Source: Clostridia bacterium (GTDB taxonomy: Bacteria; Bacillota; Clostridia; Oscillospirales; SIG627). From it: a DNA stretch of 64,000 nt. The stretch is from assembly GCA_017439965.1 (NCBI GenBank), contig JAFSID010000079.1:2035-66034 (forward strand), read 5' to 3'. Position numbers and translations under genes: made by a program. Positions 61,443-64,000 of this stretch are shown one piece after another; the stretch's first letter is position 1, and each line of letters begins with the position of its first letter. The notes beneath the pieces were generated by a model, which did no database searches, was not told the DNA's origin, and worked only from the letters and a program-made list of their open reading frames with translations.

Positions 61443-64000
61443 ATGCAAAAATCATTCACAAGCCGTATACTTACAGTGCTTCTCGTTGCAGTAATGCTCG
61501 TTTGCGCACTCTGTATTGCGGCAACGGCAGAGGATCTGACGTTTGACCTTACAACGTATGCAGATACCGCTGCCGTAAGAGCAGAATGGACTGTATCCTA
61601 TCCCGCAGGTCTTAGCGGAAGCGCCAGCGTTTCCAAGAGCGAAGGCCGTGTTGGTATGTTTGAGTCCATCACCAAGAATGAAGCTGCTGTAAACAACGAG
61701 CTTCATATGACCTGGAATATCCCCGTGGAGAAGCAGTTCAAAATCAAGGATTTTGGCGGCTTCGAGTTTCAGAGAAGAAGCTCAAACGGAGCTACACTTC
61801 TCAATAACTACGGCACCGAGTATAAGTTCGTATTCACAATGGATGACGGACAGACTCTTACCCGTACGTTCCCTTGGTATGATACAGTTCTTGGCTACAC
61901 TGCCGCTGCTTGTGTTGTCACAGACGACGGCTTCCAGACTGCAGTAGCAGGACTTGAGGGCGATCCTACGGTCGTTTCTATTGCATTTTATCCCTATTCA
62001 TCCCACCCCGATTATTATCTTTTGAGACCTACCGATATTAAAAAGCCTGCTGTTGAAGATGACCCTGCAACCGAGGACGTTGACGAGACTCAGGCTGCTC
62101 AGGCAGGTACTGACCAATACAATCAGCTTTATTATCTCAGCTTTATTGATACCGCTGAAATGCCCACGGGTCTTGCAGGCGTTATTGATAGCTGGGACGG
62201 AACAGAGGCTGATACTCACGACGGTAAGATTACGGGTCTTGATTCAGCTAAGACCTATAAGTATGCTCCCGTTCACGCTCTTGACGCTGATTTCGTAACC
62301 GTTACGGGTGCAACTGAAATCACCGGTCTCGTGGGCGGTGTATACGAGGTTTGCGCTTCCGAGGAAGGTAAGCCTGACAGTGATACCGTTATCGTAATCG
62401 TTCCCAAGGCAACTCAGGGCTCTTATGATAACAATCTCAATAATACTGCTGCCAATCTTAAGCAAATGAAATCTCCCGTACCCGTTAGCGGATACTGGAC
62501 AAACCCCGAGCGTGCGTCCGTTGCATCTGCAAAGTACGTTGCAACCTTTTATTCAAAGACAATGATTGCAGGTCTTTATTCGGGCTACTCGAATCACCTT
62601 GCTCTCACCGACAAGGCTGCCGAGTATTACAGACGCAACGTTCCCGTGATGGAATATGCATTTACTCCCGAACAGCAGTTCGACGTTGATACGGGCTACT
62701 TTAAGTTCGGCGCGTATATGAATACAACTCATTATCCCTGGAACGGCATCGTTGACATCGCAGAGCATCCCATTACTGCAGCTCTCTATATCTACGTTAA
62801 CGGCGATATGGAAAATCCCGCTGTAAGATACTTTGAGTTCAACCAGTTTGTTTCGGTATCCTACGTAAACGTTGACCTTTCGGAAGAATTTGACGGCTAC
62901 GTTACTTCTATCAAGTACGTTCAGTTCTACGACATTCCCGATAAGTCTCTTTATACAGCCACCTCAGCAGGTGACGGATATCACTTCGTAGCAGGTATCA
63001 CCACAGTTCCTTTCGGTCCTTCCACCTTTGCTCCCGAGGCAGGTACCGAGAATGACGGAAGCTTTGCTATTACGGGTCTTGACGAAACCAAGGAGTACCT
63101 CTTCTCAACTGATAACAGTACATGGCAGACCATCACGGGTGTTTCAAAGGTAAAAGACCTTACTGTCGGTACTTATTACATTCAGGAGCAGGCTTCTCTT
63201 GGTGTTTCGAAGTCTGAGGTATTTACCGTTGAAATCAAGGGCGCAGTTGAATTTGTAGGCGAGCCTGTTCTTGACGGTAAGGTTATCAAGGGTCTTGACG
63301 CTGACACTCAGTATGAGCTTGCATCCATTGGTTATAACGGCGCTTCCGAATGGACCAAGCTTGAGGCTGGCATAACCGAGACCGCAGAGCTTGACTTTGG
63401 TCTCTACGGAATCCGTGTTGAAGCCGCAGACGGTTATTTTGCAAGCGCTACACAGTACGTGCTTGTTTCAGGCTCTGAAAAGTACGGCTCTATCGCGTAC
63501 AACAAGTACGACGCCTCAAGAGGCTGGGTAGCAGGCTACTGGACCTCGGGTGTCGGTAGCGGATTTACTACGTTTGGCGCTGACAGAGTATTCGCAGGCG
63601 GTGAAAAGACCAGCTACGAAACAAGACTTAATATGACATACAGATACGTTCTTGAGGCTGGTGAGATCCGTCCCATCAACGCTATTGCAGATATGGACTT
63701 CTACTATGCTTGCGGTAACGGTAATCCTTGGGTTTCTACCAACTTTACTGCTCGCTTCCGTTTCCACGTAGCAGGCGGTGACGTTGATTATTACGACGTA
63801 TTCGTTAATCACTCCTTTAATAAGGTTGCGGTTGTATCGCCTTCCGCAGCTATTCCCTTTGACGCTAAGGGCTATCTCACCGCAATTGAGATTCATCCCG
63901 TATGGGACGTAATTGGCTCAACCGAGCTTAACGGAAAGGTTCCCGCACCCTATCCCATTTTCTGTCTCAAGGCATATGATGCGGATTCCGAAATTACTGA
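61443..64000 (+). CDS. large modular secreted protein, unknown function; 3' end beyond the window
   Basis: Absent from the ORF track because no stop is reached. AGGAGG lies 8 nt before the ATG at 61443. I translated the frame by eye to position 64000 without a stop (more than 850 codons). Signal peptide MQKSFTSRILTVLLVAVMLVCALCIAATA. Short modules recur: KITGLDSAKTYKY, FAITGLDETKEYLF and KVIKGLDADTQYEL. Confidence 0.8.
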   Translation, partial: MQKSFTSRILTVLLVAVMLVCALCIAATAEDLTFDLTTYADTAAVRAEWTVSYPAGLSGSASVSKSEGRVGMFESITKNEAAVNNELHMTWNIPVEKQFKIKDFGGFEFQRRSSNGATLLNNYGTEYKFVFTMDDGQTLTRTFPWYDTVLGYTAAACVVTDDGFQTAVAGLEGDPTVVSIAFYPYSSHPDYYLLRPTDIKKPAVEDDPATEDVDETQAAQAGTDQYNQLYYLSFIDTAEMPTGLAGVIDSWDGTEADTHDGKITGLDSAKTYKYAPVHALDADFVTVTGATEITGLVGGVYEVCASEEGKPDSDTVIVIVPKATQGSYDNNLNNTAANLKQMKSPVPVSGYWTNPERASVASAKYVATFYSKTMIAGLYSGYSNHLALTDKAAEYYRRNVPVMEYAFTPEQQFDVDTGYFKFGAYMNTTHYPWNGIVDIAEHPITAALYIYVNGDMENPAVRYFEFNQFVSVSYVNVDLSEEFDGYVTSIKYVQFYDIPDKSLYTATSAGDGYHFVAGITTVPFGPSTFAPEAGTENDGSFAITGLDETKEYLFSTDNSTWQTITGVSKVKDLTVGTYYIQEQASLGVSKSEVFTVEIKGAVEFVGEPVLDGKVIKGLDADTQYELASIGYNGASEWTKLEAGITETAELDFGLYGIRVEAADGYFASATQYVLVSGSEKYGSIAYNKYDASRGWVAGYWTSGVGSGFTTFGADRVFAGGEKTSYETRLNMTYRYVLEAGEIRPINAIADMDFYYACGNGNPWVSTNFTARFRFHVAGGDVDYYDVFVNHSFNKVAVVSPSAAIPFDAKGYLTAIEIHPVWDVIGSTELNGKVPAPYPIFCLKAYDADSEIT

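Noticed and set aside
1-64000. Mobile elements, prophage, defence islands, tRNA/rRNA genes
   Set aside because: No transposase, integrase, recombinase, reverse transcriptase, cas, restriction or toxin-antitoxin signatures were recognised in any frame. No tRNA-like cloverleaf or rRNA sequence was noticed.

Overview
This looks like a chromosomal segment from a Firmicutes/Clostridia-type bacterium. It has AGGAGG-type ribosome-binding sites, many near-consensus TTGACA-17-TATAAT promoters and classic hairpin plus T-run terminators. I saw no rRNA, tRNA, CRISPR, transposase, integrase or phage genes. The centre (21.3-48.1 kb) is housekeeping: comM/yifB, dnaG, two tandem sigma-70 genes (the first broken by a single in-frame TAG) and mtnN. 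Next comes the origin-proximal block rpmH-rnpA-yidD-yidC-jag-mnmE-mnmG-rsmG, followed by an ABC-F ATPase, an M24 peptidase, a phosphotriesterase-family hydrolase, an RsuA-type pseudouridine synthase, rnhA and mnmA. The flanks are accessory and cell-surface oriented. The left flank carries two TIM-barrel sugar isomerase/epimerase genes, an alpha/beta hydrolase, and pnuC behind an attenuator-like leader. It also has a PHP phosphatase plus an orphan EutH-like permease, and two tandem ~1480-aa secreted paralogs with three internal SLH repeats. Further on are an aldose epimerase, an AraC regulator, a TasA/camelysin-like secreted fusion protein whose promoter spacer is an (AT)9 tract, and a lysine riboswitch controlling an NhaC-family transporter. 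The right flank (48.5-61.05 kb) is the best candidate for an undescribed system. It is one promoter-to-terminator operon encoding a ~1100-aa solute-binding protein with CBM-like modules, two complete ABC permease pairs, an NHL-TPR-Yip1 membrane protein and a ~960-aa secreted protein of unknown function. It has no ATPase gene. A large modular secreted protein follows and runs off the window end. All family assignments come from motif recognition by eye, and no database search was run.
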